A stretch of DNA of 64,000 nucleotides from an uncultured Chloroflexia bacterium (GCA_963810095.1 CAWEMM010000009.1:288001-352000); one strand, 5' to 3'; shown: positions 52,187 to 62,572, numbered from the stretch's first letter. Numbers and translations are program-made. The notes: generated by a model not told the origin, from the sequence alone.

Positions 52187-52313
52187 CTGCAGCAGCAAGG
52201 CAGACGCTTCACCGGAAGACCGAAGAACCAAAGCTGCACAAGCGCTTCAGGCTCTGTGCATCTCGACTCTTCGGTTCATTCGTGCGAAGTCGCACACCCA
52301 CACAGGAGAAGGA

Positions 52314-53308
52314 ATGAACACCAAGCTCTTTCAGAAGGATTTCATCACCACCCCCGACTGGTCCGTCGAAGATCTGAACACGATGCTCGATCTCGCGTTC
52401 CGGCTCAAGGGCGACATGGCGACCGGCGTGGTCCACGACCACATCCTGCGCGCCAAGACGCTCTACATGCTGTTCTTCGAGGAATCGACGCGCACCCGCA
52501 ACTCGTTCGAGACCGGCATGACCCAGCTCGGCGGCCACGCGATCTGGCTGACGCCGAAGGCGACGCAGATCGGGCACGGCGAGAACGCGAAGGACACCGG
52601 CATCGTCCTGAGCAGCTACGGCCACGGCATCGCGATCCGCGACTGCCGCACGGGCATCGGCAACAAGTACCTGTACGAGATGGCCCAGTACGCGGATGCG
52701 CCCATCATCAACATGCAGGACGACGTGGACCATCCCTGCCAGGCGATGGCCGACCTGATGACGCTGATGGAGCTGTTCGGCCGCAACCTGCGCGGCAGCA
52801 AGTTCGTCATCTCCTGGACCTACGCGCCCAAGTACGTCCGCCCGCTCAGCGTGCCCCAGTCGCTGCTGTGGCTGATGCCGCGCTTCGGCATGGACGTGAC
52901 CCTGGCGTATCCGAAGGGCTACCACATGATGCCCGACGTGATGGAGAAGGCGTGCCAGTTCGCCGACCAGGCCGGCACGAAGATCACCGAGACCAACGAC
53001 ATGGACGAGGCGTTCGAGGACGCCGACTTCCTCTATCCCAAGTCGTGGGGCCCGATCATGGTCACCGAGGACGAGCCCGAGGTCGAGGCGATGGCCGCGC
53101 AGAACGTCGAGCTGGCGGGTGACCAGCGAGAAGATGGCGCTGGCGAAGAAGCACGCGGTGTACATGCACTGCATGCCCATCGACCGCCACCACGAGGCCG
53201 ACGACGACGTGATCGACGGCCCGCAGTCGATCATCTACAAGCAGGCCGAGAACCGCCTGCACATCCAGAAGGCGCTGCATGGCGCTCGTCATGGGCGGCC
53301 GGGCGTAA
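52314..53308 (+). CDS. Carbamoyltransferase, YgeW-like (knotted OTC/ATC superfamily); frameshifts near 3' end
   Basis: STRTRNSFE, DHPCQAMAD, SWTYAPKYVRPLSVPQS, RFGMDVTLA, YPKSW, YMHCMP, QAENRLH. Confidence 0.85.
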
Positions 53309-53394
53309 CGACGTGACTCGCCAGGCGACACTGGTGACCGGTCGCGCTCACGCTGCTCGAGATCTCCGTGACTGGTGAAAACTGGAGGGCAGCG

Positions 53395-54466
53395 ATGGCT
53401 CCACATCCCACCCTGTGGATCACCCACCGCGGCGAGCGGCACCAGCAGGCCGCGCTGAACAGCGCGCCGCCCGAACTCGCGGTCACCATGCGCCGTTCGC
53501 CCTCGAAGGAGGAAATCCTCGAGCCTGCTGCCGGGCATGGAGTTCCTGGTCAGCGAGCGGACGGGCGTGATCGACGCCGACATGATCGCCGCGGGCAAGA
53601 ACCTGCGCCTGATCCAGCGGCTCGGCTCGCAGACCTACGACATCGACCTCGCCGGCGGCACAGGCCGCGGGCATCCCGGTCTGCTATGCGCCGGTGCTCG
53701 GCTGCATCATGGTGGCCGAGCACATGCTCATGCAGATCCTGGCGCTCGCCAAGCGCACGCGCGAGCTGATGGTCGTGGTCCAGGAGGCGAAACGACTTCG
53801 GCTATCCGCCGCGGCGCTGCGACGAGGACTACTTCGCCTACAACTGGTCGGGCTACCGGGGCGTGATGGGGCTGTGGGGCAGCACGATCGGCATCCTGGG
53901 CATGGGTGAGATCGGGAGCGAGCTCGCGCGGCTGCTGCGGCCGTTCGGCTGCACCGTGCTGTACAACAAGCGCAACCGGCTGCCCGAGGGCGCCGAGGCC
54001 GAGCTGGGCGTGCAGTTCGCGACCGTGGACGAGATGCTCGCCGCCAGCGACGTGATTTGCATGCTGCATGCCCTTCTTCCCCGAGACGGAGCAGAGCCTG
54101 AGCGCGGCGTTCTTCGCGGCGATGAAGCCCGGCAGCCTCTTCGTGAGCTGCGGCGGCAGCGGGGTGGTCGACGAGGACGCGCTGGCGGCAGCGCTCCGTT
54201 CGGGTCACCTGGCCGGCGCCGCGCTCGACACGTACACCTTCGAGCCGGTCGCGCTCGACGATCCGCATGCGGGCGCTGGCCGCCGACCCGCGGGCCAATG
54301 TCATCCTGACGCCCGCACACCGCGGCCGGCACCGGCCCGATCGCGTCCGATCCAGCCGACGCGCCGAGCGGGCCGAGGACTACGCCAACATCCTCCGCTG
54401 CCTGCGCGGCGAGCCGTCTGGCGGGGCGCCTGGTATAGGCCAGCATCGGAACTGTCGGAGGTCTGA
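53395..54466 (+). CDS. D-isomer-specific 2-hydroxyacid dehydrogenase family (frameshifted)
   Basis: [42 protein letters not shown]. Confidence 0.8.
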
Positions 54467-54470
54467 GCCC

Positions 54471-55836
54471 ATGGGGACGATCCTGATCGAAAACGGCGCG
54501 GTCGATCACCGTCGACGACGCGCCGACGTGTCTTCGACCCCGGCTACGTGCTGCTGCGGGAGACCGTATCGCGGCAGTGGGCGCCGGCGCCGCGCCCGAC
54601 GACGTTCGCGCGGCAGGCGGACGAGGTCATCGACGCGTCGCTGATGGCCGTCATGCCCGGCATGGTCAACGCGCACACGCACCTGTTCCAGACCTTCATC
54701 CGCGGGCTGGCCGACGACAAGCCGCTGCTCGACTGGCTGAAGGCCGCGATCTGGCCGGTCGCCAGCTGCCTGACGGAGGAGGACGCGTACCTGGCGGCGA
54801 TGCTCGGCCTGGTCGAGAACATCCGGGGCGGCGCGACGAGCGTCATCGACCACCAGTACATCCACACCGAGCCGGGCAACGACGACGGCGTGTTTCGAGC
54901 CGCGGAGCAAAGCGGCGTTCGCTTCCTCAACGCCCGCGGCTGGGCCGACATGAACTACCACCCGGCGCTTCATGGAGACGCCCGACCGGATCGTGGCCGA
55001 GATGGCGCGGCTGCACGAGCGCTGGCACGGCGCAGGCGGGCGGCCGTCTGCGGCTCGAGTTCGGCCCGCTGATCCCCTGGGGCTGCTCCGATGCGACGAT
55101 GCGGCGCACGCGCGGCCTGGCGGCCGAGTGGGGCGTGGGCACGCACATCCACGTCGCCGAAACGCGCGCCGAGATCGACATGGAGCTCGCGTCGCGCGGG
55201 ATGCGCCACGTCGAGTGGCTGGACTCGATCGGCGCGCTTGGGGCCCGACGTGCAGCTGGTCCACAGCGTTTGGCTGAGCGACCACGAGATCGACCTGGTC
55301 GAGCAGATCGGGCGCGGTGGTCGTCCACTGCCCGGTCTCGAACATGTACCTGGCGTCGGGCGTCGCGCGTGTGCCCGAGATGCACCGGCGGGGCATTCCG
55401 GTTGCTCTGGCGACGGACGGACCCGGCAGCAACAACAGCCAGGACATGCTGGAAGTGCTGAAGGCCACCTGTCTCCTGCACAAGGTCAGCTCGCTCGACG
55501 CGATGATCCTGCTGCCCGAGGACGCGTTGTGGATGGCCTGCCGGGGCGGAGCGGCGCGCGTTCGGCCAGCCCGGCCTGATCGGCTCGCTGGAACCGGGCA
55601 AGAAGGCCGACGTCGTGCTGGTCGACCTCAACACGCCGCTCGCGATGCCGGTGCACAAGCCTGTTTCCGCGCTCGTCTACAACCTCGCGGCGCGCGACGT
55701 GGACACGGTGATCGTGGATGGCAAGGTGCTGATGCGCGGCAAGCGCGTCCTGTGCGTCGACGAGACCGCACTGCTGGCCGAAGCCCGCCGTTCGTGTGCG
55801 CGGTTATTCGAGCGAGCCGGAGTGGCAGTCAATTAG
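54471..55836 (+). CDS. Amidohydrolase, MTA/SAH deaminase family (paralog of 41731-43083; frameshifted)
   Basis: PGMVNAHTHLFQTFIRGLADD, HIHVAE, HCPVSNMYLASG, ATDGPGSNN. Confidence 0.87.
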
Positions 55837-55848
55837 GCAAAGCGCGTC

Positions 55849-55880
55849 GACCTTTGGGGTTTCCAAAAACCCCGAAGGTC
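55849..55880. repeat. GACCT..AGGTC palindrome
   Basis: GACCTTTGGGGTTTCCAAAAACCCCGAAGGTC. Confidence 0.75.
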
Positions 55881-55914
55881 CTGAAATCCACGTGAACGGC
55901 GTTTTGGAGAAGCG

Positions 55915-57156
55915 ATGCACCCTGAGATTATCGAGCGCGTGAAGACGCTCAGCGGGCAGATGAGCGAGCGGCGCGAGCGCTTCCTGGCCGACCTGATCCG
56001 CATCCGCTCCTACACGGGCCAAGAGCGCCCTGCAGTCGAGCGAACGCTGGAAGAGCTGCGGGCGATCGGCTGCGACGAAGTCTGGATGGACTCGGCGGGC
56101 AACGCGCTGGGGCGCATCGGGCGCGGGCCGCGGGTGCTGCTCTACGACGCGCACTTGGACACCAACGAGGTGGCCGACGAACGCGAGTGGCCTCACCCGC
56201 CGCTCGAACCGGTCGTCGAGGGTTCCGGCCCGGACGCAGTCATGTATGGCCTGGGCGCATCCGATTGCAAGGGGGGCGTCGCTGCCATCGTATACGGCGC
56301 TGCGATCCTCGCCGCGTTGAAGCGCGAGAGTTCAGAGGTCTCAGAAGACCTCCGGCGTCTGTTCGACGAAGTCTCTGTTGTCGTCATGGGCGCAACGCTC
56401 GAAGAGGATGCCGAAGGCTTCGCGCTCCGTTCCCTGGTCGAGCGCGACGGCCTGCGTCCCGAGGTCGTCCTGCTTGCCGAGGCCACCGACCTGACCCTCC
56501 GTCGCGGACAGCGTGGGCGCTGCGAAATCCGCGTTCGGACGGAGGGCCGGGCGGTTCATGCCAGCCAGCCGCATCTGGGCGAGAGTGCCATCCTCAAGAT
56601 GCTGCCCGTCATTTCTGCGCTGGAGGCGATGAACCCCCACCTGCCCGTCGATCCGATTTGGGGCCGCGGGACGCAGGTGGTCTCGTTGATAGAGGGGCCC
56701 CACACGCCCAACTCGGTGCCGGGATGGTGCGAGGTGGCGGTCGACCGTCGCCTAACGCCGGGCGAGACGCCTGAGTCAGTGCTTGCGGGCATCCGGTCGT
56801 GCGTCGAGCCGCTGGGCGCGACGGCTCGCATTCCGGACCAGCCCGTGCTGACCCATACGGGCCTGCGGCTCGACGGCCCATCGTTCTATCCCGGTTGGCT
56901 GCTGGCAGAAGAACACCCGCTGCTGGCCGCGGGTCAGTCCACCTGCCGGGCTCTGTTCGGCCGGGAGGCAGGGGTCGACGTGTGGCGCTTCTCGACCGAC
57001 GGCACCTACTCGGCCGGTGCGGCCGGCATCCCTACGCTCGGCTTCGGTCCCGAAGAGGAGCCGTTTGTGCACACTGCGCTCGACCAGGTTAACCTGGCAA
57101 AGCTGCGCCACGCGGCTGAGTTCTACGCCCTGTTCCCGTTGGCCTACCTGGCATGA
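55915..57156 (+). CDS. M20 family metallo-hydrolase, YgeY-like
   Basis: GNALGRIG, DAHLDT, GASDCKGG, EED, RGQRGR, DRRLT.GE, WRFSTDG, GFGP.EE..H. Confidence 0.87.
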   Translation: MHPEIIERVKTLSGQMSERRERFLADLIRIRSYTGQERPAVERTLEELRAIGCDEVWMDSAGNALGRIGRGPRVLLYDAHLDTNEVADEREWPHPPLEPVVEGSGPDAVMYGLGASDCKGGVAAIVYGAAILAALKRESSEVSEDLRRLFDEVSVVVMGATLEEDAEGFALRSLVERDGLRPEVVLLAEATDLTLRRGQRGRCEIRVRTEGRAVHASQPHLGESAILKMLPVISALEAMNPHLPVDPIWGRGTQVVSLIEGPHTPNSVPGWCEVAVDRRLTPGETPESVLAGIRSCVEPLGATARIPDQPVLTHTGLRLDGPSFYPGWLLAEEHPLLAAGQSTCRALFGREAGVDVWRFSTDGTYSAGAAGIPTLGFGPEEEPFVHTALDQVNLAKLRHAAEFYALFPLAYLA

Positions 57157-58550
57157 TCTACGACACCGTCATCCGCAACGGCACGGTGGTCACCCGAATC
57201 GGCCTCGTCCAGACGGACCTCGGGATCATGGGCGAGCAGATCGCGACGATCGATCGAGGGCTCGATGGAGCGCAGGTGATCGACGCGGCCGGTAAGCTGG
57301 TCATCCCGGGCGGCATCGACCCGCACGTCCATCTCCAGATGCCCGCCGGTCCGGTCACCTCGAGCGACGACTGGCGCACCGGCACGGTTGCAGCAGCGTG
57401 CGGCGGCACCACCACGGTCATCGACTTCGTGGAGCCGGAAAAGGGCAGCTTGATCCAGGGGCTTGCCGACCGCCGAGCTGAGGCCGAGGGCGCGAAATCG
57501 GGGAATGGCGGCGCGGTCGTCGACTTTGGCCTGCACATGACCATCATGGATGTGCAGCCCACCACGCTCGCCGAGATCCCCTTCGTGGTGCGCTCGGGCT
57601 GCACGTCGTTTAAGACGTACCTGACCTATGAGGGCTTCAAACTCGACGACGGGGAGCTGCTGGCCGCGTACGAAGCGGTGGCAGAAGCGGGTGGCCTTGC
57701 GCTGGTGCATGCGGAAAATGACGGGATCGTCAATCGCTTGAAGGCGCGCTTCCTTCGCGAGGGACATTTCGAGCCGCGCTGGCATCCAAGGTCTCGGCCG
57801 GGTCCGGCGGAAGCCGAGGCCGTGGTGCGAGCACTGGCCGTGGCCGAAGTTGCCGGCTGCCCGCTGTACGTCGTCCACGTCTCGACCGCCCGGGGGGCAG
57901 ATGCTGTGGCGCACGCCCGCGGCAGGGGGCAACACGCCTATGGCGAAACCTGCCCGCAGTACCTGCTGCTGACCGAGGCGGAATACGAGCGGCCGGGATT
58001 CGAGGGCGCGAAGTTTGTCTGCTCGCCCCCGCTGCGCCCTGAGTCCGACCGGGAGGGGCTGTGGGCGCGCATGGTCGCGGGCGATCTCAGCACGGTGGGC
58101 ACGGATCACTGCCCCTTCTTCTACCGGGGCCAGAAGGACCTGGGCCGGCCGGATGGGCAACATCCGCCGTTCAGCCGGATTCCGGGCGGGATGCCGGGTG
58201 TCGAGTCGCGGCTGGCCCTGCTGTACTCTTTCGGCGTCGGACAGGGTTGGTTGAGCGTCGAGCAGTGGGTCGAACTGTGCTGCACTGCCCCGGCCCGCAT
58301 TTTTGGCCTGGCCGGGCGCAAGGGCGAGTTGGTCGAGGGGGCAGATGCGGATGTTGTCATCTTTGATCCGGAGCGCAGTGTGACGCTCTCGCCGGCAGTC
58401 CTTCATGAGAACTGCGACTATACGCCCTACGAGGGGTTCCGGCTGAAGGGCTATCCGGTCCTGACGATGCTGCGCGGCCGCGTGATCGTGCGGGACGGCA
58501 ATTTCGTGGGCGAGGGCGCGGGGCGCTACCTGGTGCGCACCGGCATGTAG
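57153..58550 (+). CDS. hydA: Dihydropyrimidinase / D-hydantoinase (HyuA-like)
   Basis: PGGIDPHVH, GGTTTVIDF, SFKTY, HAEN, GETCPQYL, FVCSPPLR, TDHCPF, YTPYEG. Confidence 0.92.
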   Translation: MIYDTVIRNGTVVTRIGLVQTDLGIMGEQIATIDRGLDGAQVIDAAGKLVIPGGIDPHVHLQMPAGPVTSSDDWRTGTVAAACGGTTTVIDFVEPEKGSLIQGLADRRAEAEGAKSGNGGAVVDFGLHMTIMDVQPTTLAEIPFVVRSGCTSFKTYLTYEGFKLDDGELLAAYEAVAEAGGLALVHAENDGIVNRLKARFLREGHFEPRWHPRSRPGPAEAEAVVRALAVAEVAGCPLYVVHVSTARGADAVAHARGRGQHAYGETCPQYLLLTEAEYERPGFEGAKFVCSPPLRPESDREGLWARMVAGDLSTVGTDHCPFFYRGQKDLGRPDGQHPPFSRIPGGMPGVESRLALLYSFGVGQGWLSVEQWVELCCTAPARIFGLAGRKGELVEGADADVVIFDPERSVTLSPAVLHENCDYTPYEGFRLKGYPVLTMLRGRVIVRDGNFVGEGAGRYLVRTGM

Positions 58551-58607
58551 GTGTTCGGCGGGGGCACCCGGCCCTGAACGCCCCATTGCAAGGGTTGCCT
58601 TTTCGTT

Positions 58608-58793
58608 GGGGGCCGGCCGGCCCCTGCCAAATAGAAAGATGGAGCAGCGCCCGAAGCCCGAGGGGCCGGGGGCCAGCCGGCCCCTGCCAAATAGAAAGAC
58701 GGAGCAGCGCTCTTCTCCGGAGGGGCCGGGGGCCCGCGAGCCCTCGCCAGAGACCTAGTGCAGACGCGGGGTGGCGGGGGCCAGCCGGTCCCC
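58608..58793. repeat. Tandem 60-bp GC-rich intergenic repeat (2 full + degenerate partial units)
   Basis: GGGGGCCRGCCGGCCCCTGCCAAATAGAAAGAYGGAGCAGCGC at 58608 and 58668; partial copies near 58728 and 58776. Confidence 0.85.
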
Positions 58794-58823
58794 GGAAGAA
58801 TGCAACGCAGACTGGGGGATTTC

Positions 58824-60137
58824 ATGGGAACACTCATCCTGCCCGATTTCCTCATCGACATTCCCGGCGAGCCGCCCAAGGCCGGTTGGGGCGTCCGCGT
58901 GACCGGCGACCATGTCCACGCGGTTGCGCCCAATGCCGACTTGCGCCTGTCCTACCCCGACGACGAGGTTGTAGACGCGGCGGGCCAGGCCCTCTCGCCC
59001 GGTTTTGTCGACGCGCACACGCACCTGTACGGCGTGCTGGCGCACGGTATCCCCCTCCACCGGGCGCCGTCCGGCTTCTGGCCGTTCCTCACCGACTTCT
59101 GGTGGCCGCTCGTCGAAGACCGGCTGGACCACGAGATGATCTGTGCCGCAACTGACCTGAACCTGGTGCAGATGCTGCGCGGGGGCACGACGTCATTCTA
59201 CGACATCACCGAGGCGCCCCACGCCCTGCCGGGCTGTTTGAATGCCCAGGCCGCGGTGGTAGAGGCGAGGGGCATCCGCGGCATCCTCTCCTTCGAGGCA
59301 ACCGAACGGGTGAGCAAGGAGAACGGCCAACTGGGGCTCCGCGAGAATCTCGAGTTTGTCCGCTCGCACAGGTCCGGCTCGCTTGTCTCCGGCTTAATGT
59401 GCTATCACACAACCTTCACCTGCTCGGCGGACTTCATTCGCCAGGCGTTCGAGATGGCGGCGGGTGAGGGCGTCTCGGTGCACATGCACGCGTCGGAAGG
59501 CACGTACGAGCCCGAGCACGCGCTGGCCCATTTGGGCGGGCGCACGTTCGAATACTACGAGCGCCTGGGTGTGGCCGGCCCTGCCATGCAGGCTTCGCAG
59601 TGCGTGCAGATCACGCCCCGCGAGATCGAGATTCTCGCACAGCGCGGGGTCCGCGTCACCCACATGCCGCTGTCCAACTGCGAGGTGGGCGGCGGCATTG
59701 CACCCGTCCCTGACCTGCTTGCGGCGGGCGTGACGGTCGGCCTCGGTTCCGACGGGTACATCACCGACATGTTTGAGGTCATGCGCGGGGCCTTCCTGAT
59801 CCACAAGGCCCACCGGCAAGACCCGCGGGTGATGCCCGCAAGCGTCGTGTGGAAACTGGCGACTGAGGGCGGGGCGCAGGCGCTGGGGCTGGACAAGGTC
59901 GGCCGGCTGGCACCCGGGTGGCAGGCTGATCTGCAGTTGATCGACGCCGGACTGCCCACACCGGCCGAGGCGTGGAACCTGTACGACCAGCTGCTTCTCT
60001 ATCGGAGCCGGCGCGACGTGGCCGCGGTCATGGTCGCGGGGCAGTGGCAGGTGCGCGACGGGGCCGTGCTGGGCGCGGACGAGGCGGCGCTGCGCGCGAG
60101 AGCGCACGCCGCGGCTCGCCGGCTCTGGCAGATCTAG
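58824..60137 (+). CDS. SsnA-like amidohydrolase
   Basis: PGFVDAHTHLYG.LAHG, FWWP..DRLD, HTTFTCS, HMHASEG, HMPLSNCEVG, GLGSDG. Confidence 0.88.
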   Translation: MGTLILPDFLIDIPGEPPKAGWGVRVTGDHVHAVAPNADLRLSYPDDEVVDAAGQALSPGFVDAHTHLYGVLAHGIPLHRAPSGFWPFLTDFWWPLVEDRLDHEMICAATDLNLVQMLRGGTTSFYDITEAPHALPGCLNAQAAVVEARGIRGILSFEATERVSKENGQLGLRENLEFVRSHRSGSLVSGLMCYHTTFTCSADFIRQAFEMAAGEGVSVHMHASEGTYEPEHALAHLGGRTFEYYERLGVAGPAMQASQCVQITPREIEILAQRGVRVTHMPLSNCEVGGGIAPVPDLLAAGVTVGLGSDGYITDMFEVMRGAFLIHKAHRQDPRVMPASVVWKLATEGGAQALGLDKVGRLAPGWQADLQLIDAGLPTPAEAWNLYDQLLLYRSRRDVAAVMVAGQWQVRDGAVLGADEAALRARAHAAARRLWQI

Positions 60138-60147
60138 CGGAGGGTTG

Positions 60148-60474
60148 ATGAAACGCCGGTTCCTTGCCGCACTCGTGGTCTTGTTGCTGGGCGCGGTCCT
60201 GGCGACGCTCCTTGTGTTGGTGGCGACAAACGGCTACGGCACGGCCGGCGCGGACCTCGGTAAGGCCGCGACGGCCTACCTCGCAATCGGGCTGGTGATC
60301 GCGGTCCTGCTCGCCTGGCTGAGTGCGGCGTTTTCCCGGTGGCTGAGTGCACGCACCGGGTGGCGGGGGTATGTCACGCTGCCGCTCGCGTTGGCTCCGG
60401 CGCTGGTGCTGGAGCTGTTCTTGCTCTTGTTTGCCGGCGTCTCGTCGGCTGCGCTCAGCACGCCAGTGGGCTGA
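60148..60474 (+). CDS. Hypothetical membrane protein (3 TM)
   Basis: Three hydrophobic segments, GGAGG RBS, operonic position. Confidence 0.65.
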   Translation: MKRRFLAALVVLLLGAVLATLLVLVATNGYGTAGADLGKAATAYLAIGLVIAVLLAWLSAAFSRWLSARTGWRGYVTLPLALAPALVLELFLLLFAGVSSAALSTPVG

Positions 60475-60506
60475 GCGAACGGCTCCAAAGGTGGTGTGGA
60501 GGCTTC

Positions 60507-61645
60507 ATGGCTGATCTGCGTACAACTTTATTCGGTGTCGGGATGCCGTCGCCGTTTATCCTGGCCTCCGGGCCGCTCTCGTACGATGCGACGGGGCTGT
60601 GGGAGGCGTACCGAGCGGGCGCGGGTGGGGTGGTCACGAAGACCTTGCGGCTCGAGGCGGCGATCAACCCGACGCCGCACATGGTCGTGCCGCGCTCGTC
60701 CAACCTGCGCGCGACGCTGTTCAATACGGAGAAGTGGGCTGACCTCACGTGGCAGCATTGGGTCGAGAAGGAACTGCCCGCCCTGGCTGGCCACCCAGGC
60801 ATGTTGATCGCCAGCATCGGCCACACCGCGGCCGAGGGCGACGTGATCGCAGGCCCGGTCGCCGACACGGGCGTCGTGGATGCCATCGAATGTGTGGCAT
60901 ATACGAAGGCGACGATCGTCGATCTCGTTCGGATCGTCCGCCATCGTGCGCCCAGCATCCCGATCCTGGCGAAGCTCACCTTTAATTGGGGGATGACCTC
61001 TACCCCGCGGCGGAGGCCGCGCTCGAGGCCGGGGCCAACGGGTTCACTGCCATCGACTCGATCGGTCCCACGCTGCAGATCGACATCGAGAGCGGCGAGC
61101 CGACCATTGGCGGCGCGGGCAACAAGGCCTGGATGTCAGGTGCGGCCATCCGCCCGGTGGCGCAGGCCGTCGTCTCCGAGTTGGCGACGCGCTTCCCCGG
61201 CGTCCCGATTGTGGGCACCGGCGGCGTCATCCAGGCAGAAGATGCGGTCGAGATGACGATGGTGGGCGCGAGCGCGCTGGGAGTGTGCACGGGCCCGCTG
61301 CTGCGGGGCCTGGAATGGTTCGGACGGACGGGCGAGAAGCTGTCGGCGTGGCTCGACAGCCATGGCTACGCGGATCTCGCTGCGGTGCGCGGGATGGCGC
61401 TGCCCAAGCTGCACCCGGTCGAGGACACGAGCCGCCTGACCTTCGATTTCAACCCGATGCTGTGCACCAAGTGCGACCTGTGCGTCGTGCTGTGTCCGTA
61501 CGATGCCCGCGAAATGGGCGGCGGCGACAAGCCCAAGACGCCCACGCTCACGCAGATCCTGGACGAGGATCGCTGCCGGTACTGCGGCCTCTGCGTGGAA
61601 GTATGCAAGCCCGCAGCATTGACCTACGGCAACTGGCCCCGCTAA
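60507..61645 (+). CDS. Dihydropyrimidine/dihydroorotate dehydrogenase-like FMN protein with C-terminal 4Fe-4S dicluster (PreA-like); frameshift near 60990
   Basis: PFILASGP, GGVVTKT, ILAKLT, SGAAIRP, IVGTGGV, CTKCDLCVVLCP and CRYCGLCVEVC. Confidence 0.85.
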
Positions 61646-61653
61646 TCCCTTCG

Positions 61654-61736
61654 TCACAGAGCGCCCAGAGGTATTGGTCGAGAGCCTTGCGGCTCTTGAT
61701 CTCGTAACCGCCTCCGCTACCTCTGGGTCCTCTGTG
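61654..61736. repeat. CACAGAG-type palindromic repeat between convergent genes
   Basis: CACAGAGCGCCCAGAGGTA ... TACCTCTGGGTCCTCTGTG. Confidence 0.65.
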
Positions 61737-61743
61737 GCAAGTC

Positions 61744-62533
61744 TCAGGTCAGCACCGTGCCGCCGTCGATCGAGATCGCCTGTCCGGTGATAAACCGCGC
61801 CTCGTCTGAGGCCAGAAACGCGACCAGCCCCGCAACTTCGTCCACTTGGGCATAACGTCCCATCGGGCAATCCTTCGAGCGCATCGCGATCCATGCTTCG
61901 GGGGTCATGCCCGCGTCCTTCGAGGCCGCGCGAGCCACGTCCAGCGCCATCTCCGTCATCGTGTTCCCCGGGCACACGGTGTTCGCATTGATGCCGTGCG
62001 GCGCCAGGTCCATCGCCACGCTGCGCGTCAGGCCGATGATGCCCGACTTCGACGCGTCTGTACTGCGCGCTCGCCGGATACGAGGTCTTCCCGGCTGCAG
62101 AGGAGATGTTGACGATTGCCATGCCCCGGCCGGTCTGCAGCATGACGCGAGCGGCCGCCTGGTCGGCCAGGAAGACGCCCGTCAGGTTGATGTCGATGAG
62201 TTTCTGCCATGCGCCAAACGGCACTTCGGACAGGGGGTGGCTGGAGTAGATCCCCGCAGCCGCTACGAGGACGTCCACCGCGCCCCATGCAGCGACGATC
62301 GAATCGAAGGCCGCCTGTACGCTGTCCGGATTGGTTACGTCGCAGTGCAAGGCCAGCGCCGGTCGATCGCCCAGGCGATTGCATTCGTCTGCCGTCGCAG
62401 CCGCACTTTCCTGTACGATATCCAGGACAGCAACCCGGGCGCCTTCTTTGGCAAAACGCAAGCAGCAGCCGCGGCCGATACCCTTCGCGCCGCCGGTGAC
62501 GACCGCTACCCTGTCGACGAATCGTTGCATCAT
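61744..62533 (-). CDS. SDR family oxidoreductase (frameshift near 62055)
   Basis: TGGAKGIG, NISSAAG, Y..SK across the shift, NTVCPG, ITGQAISIDGG. Confidence 0.88.
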
Positions 62534-62572
62534 TGAGACTTCCTTCTGACGTGGTCCGGGGAATACTATTCC

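Noticed and set aside
58608-58793. CRISPR array
   Set aside because: Only two full units, variable part about 9 nt, and no cas genes in the window.
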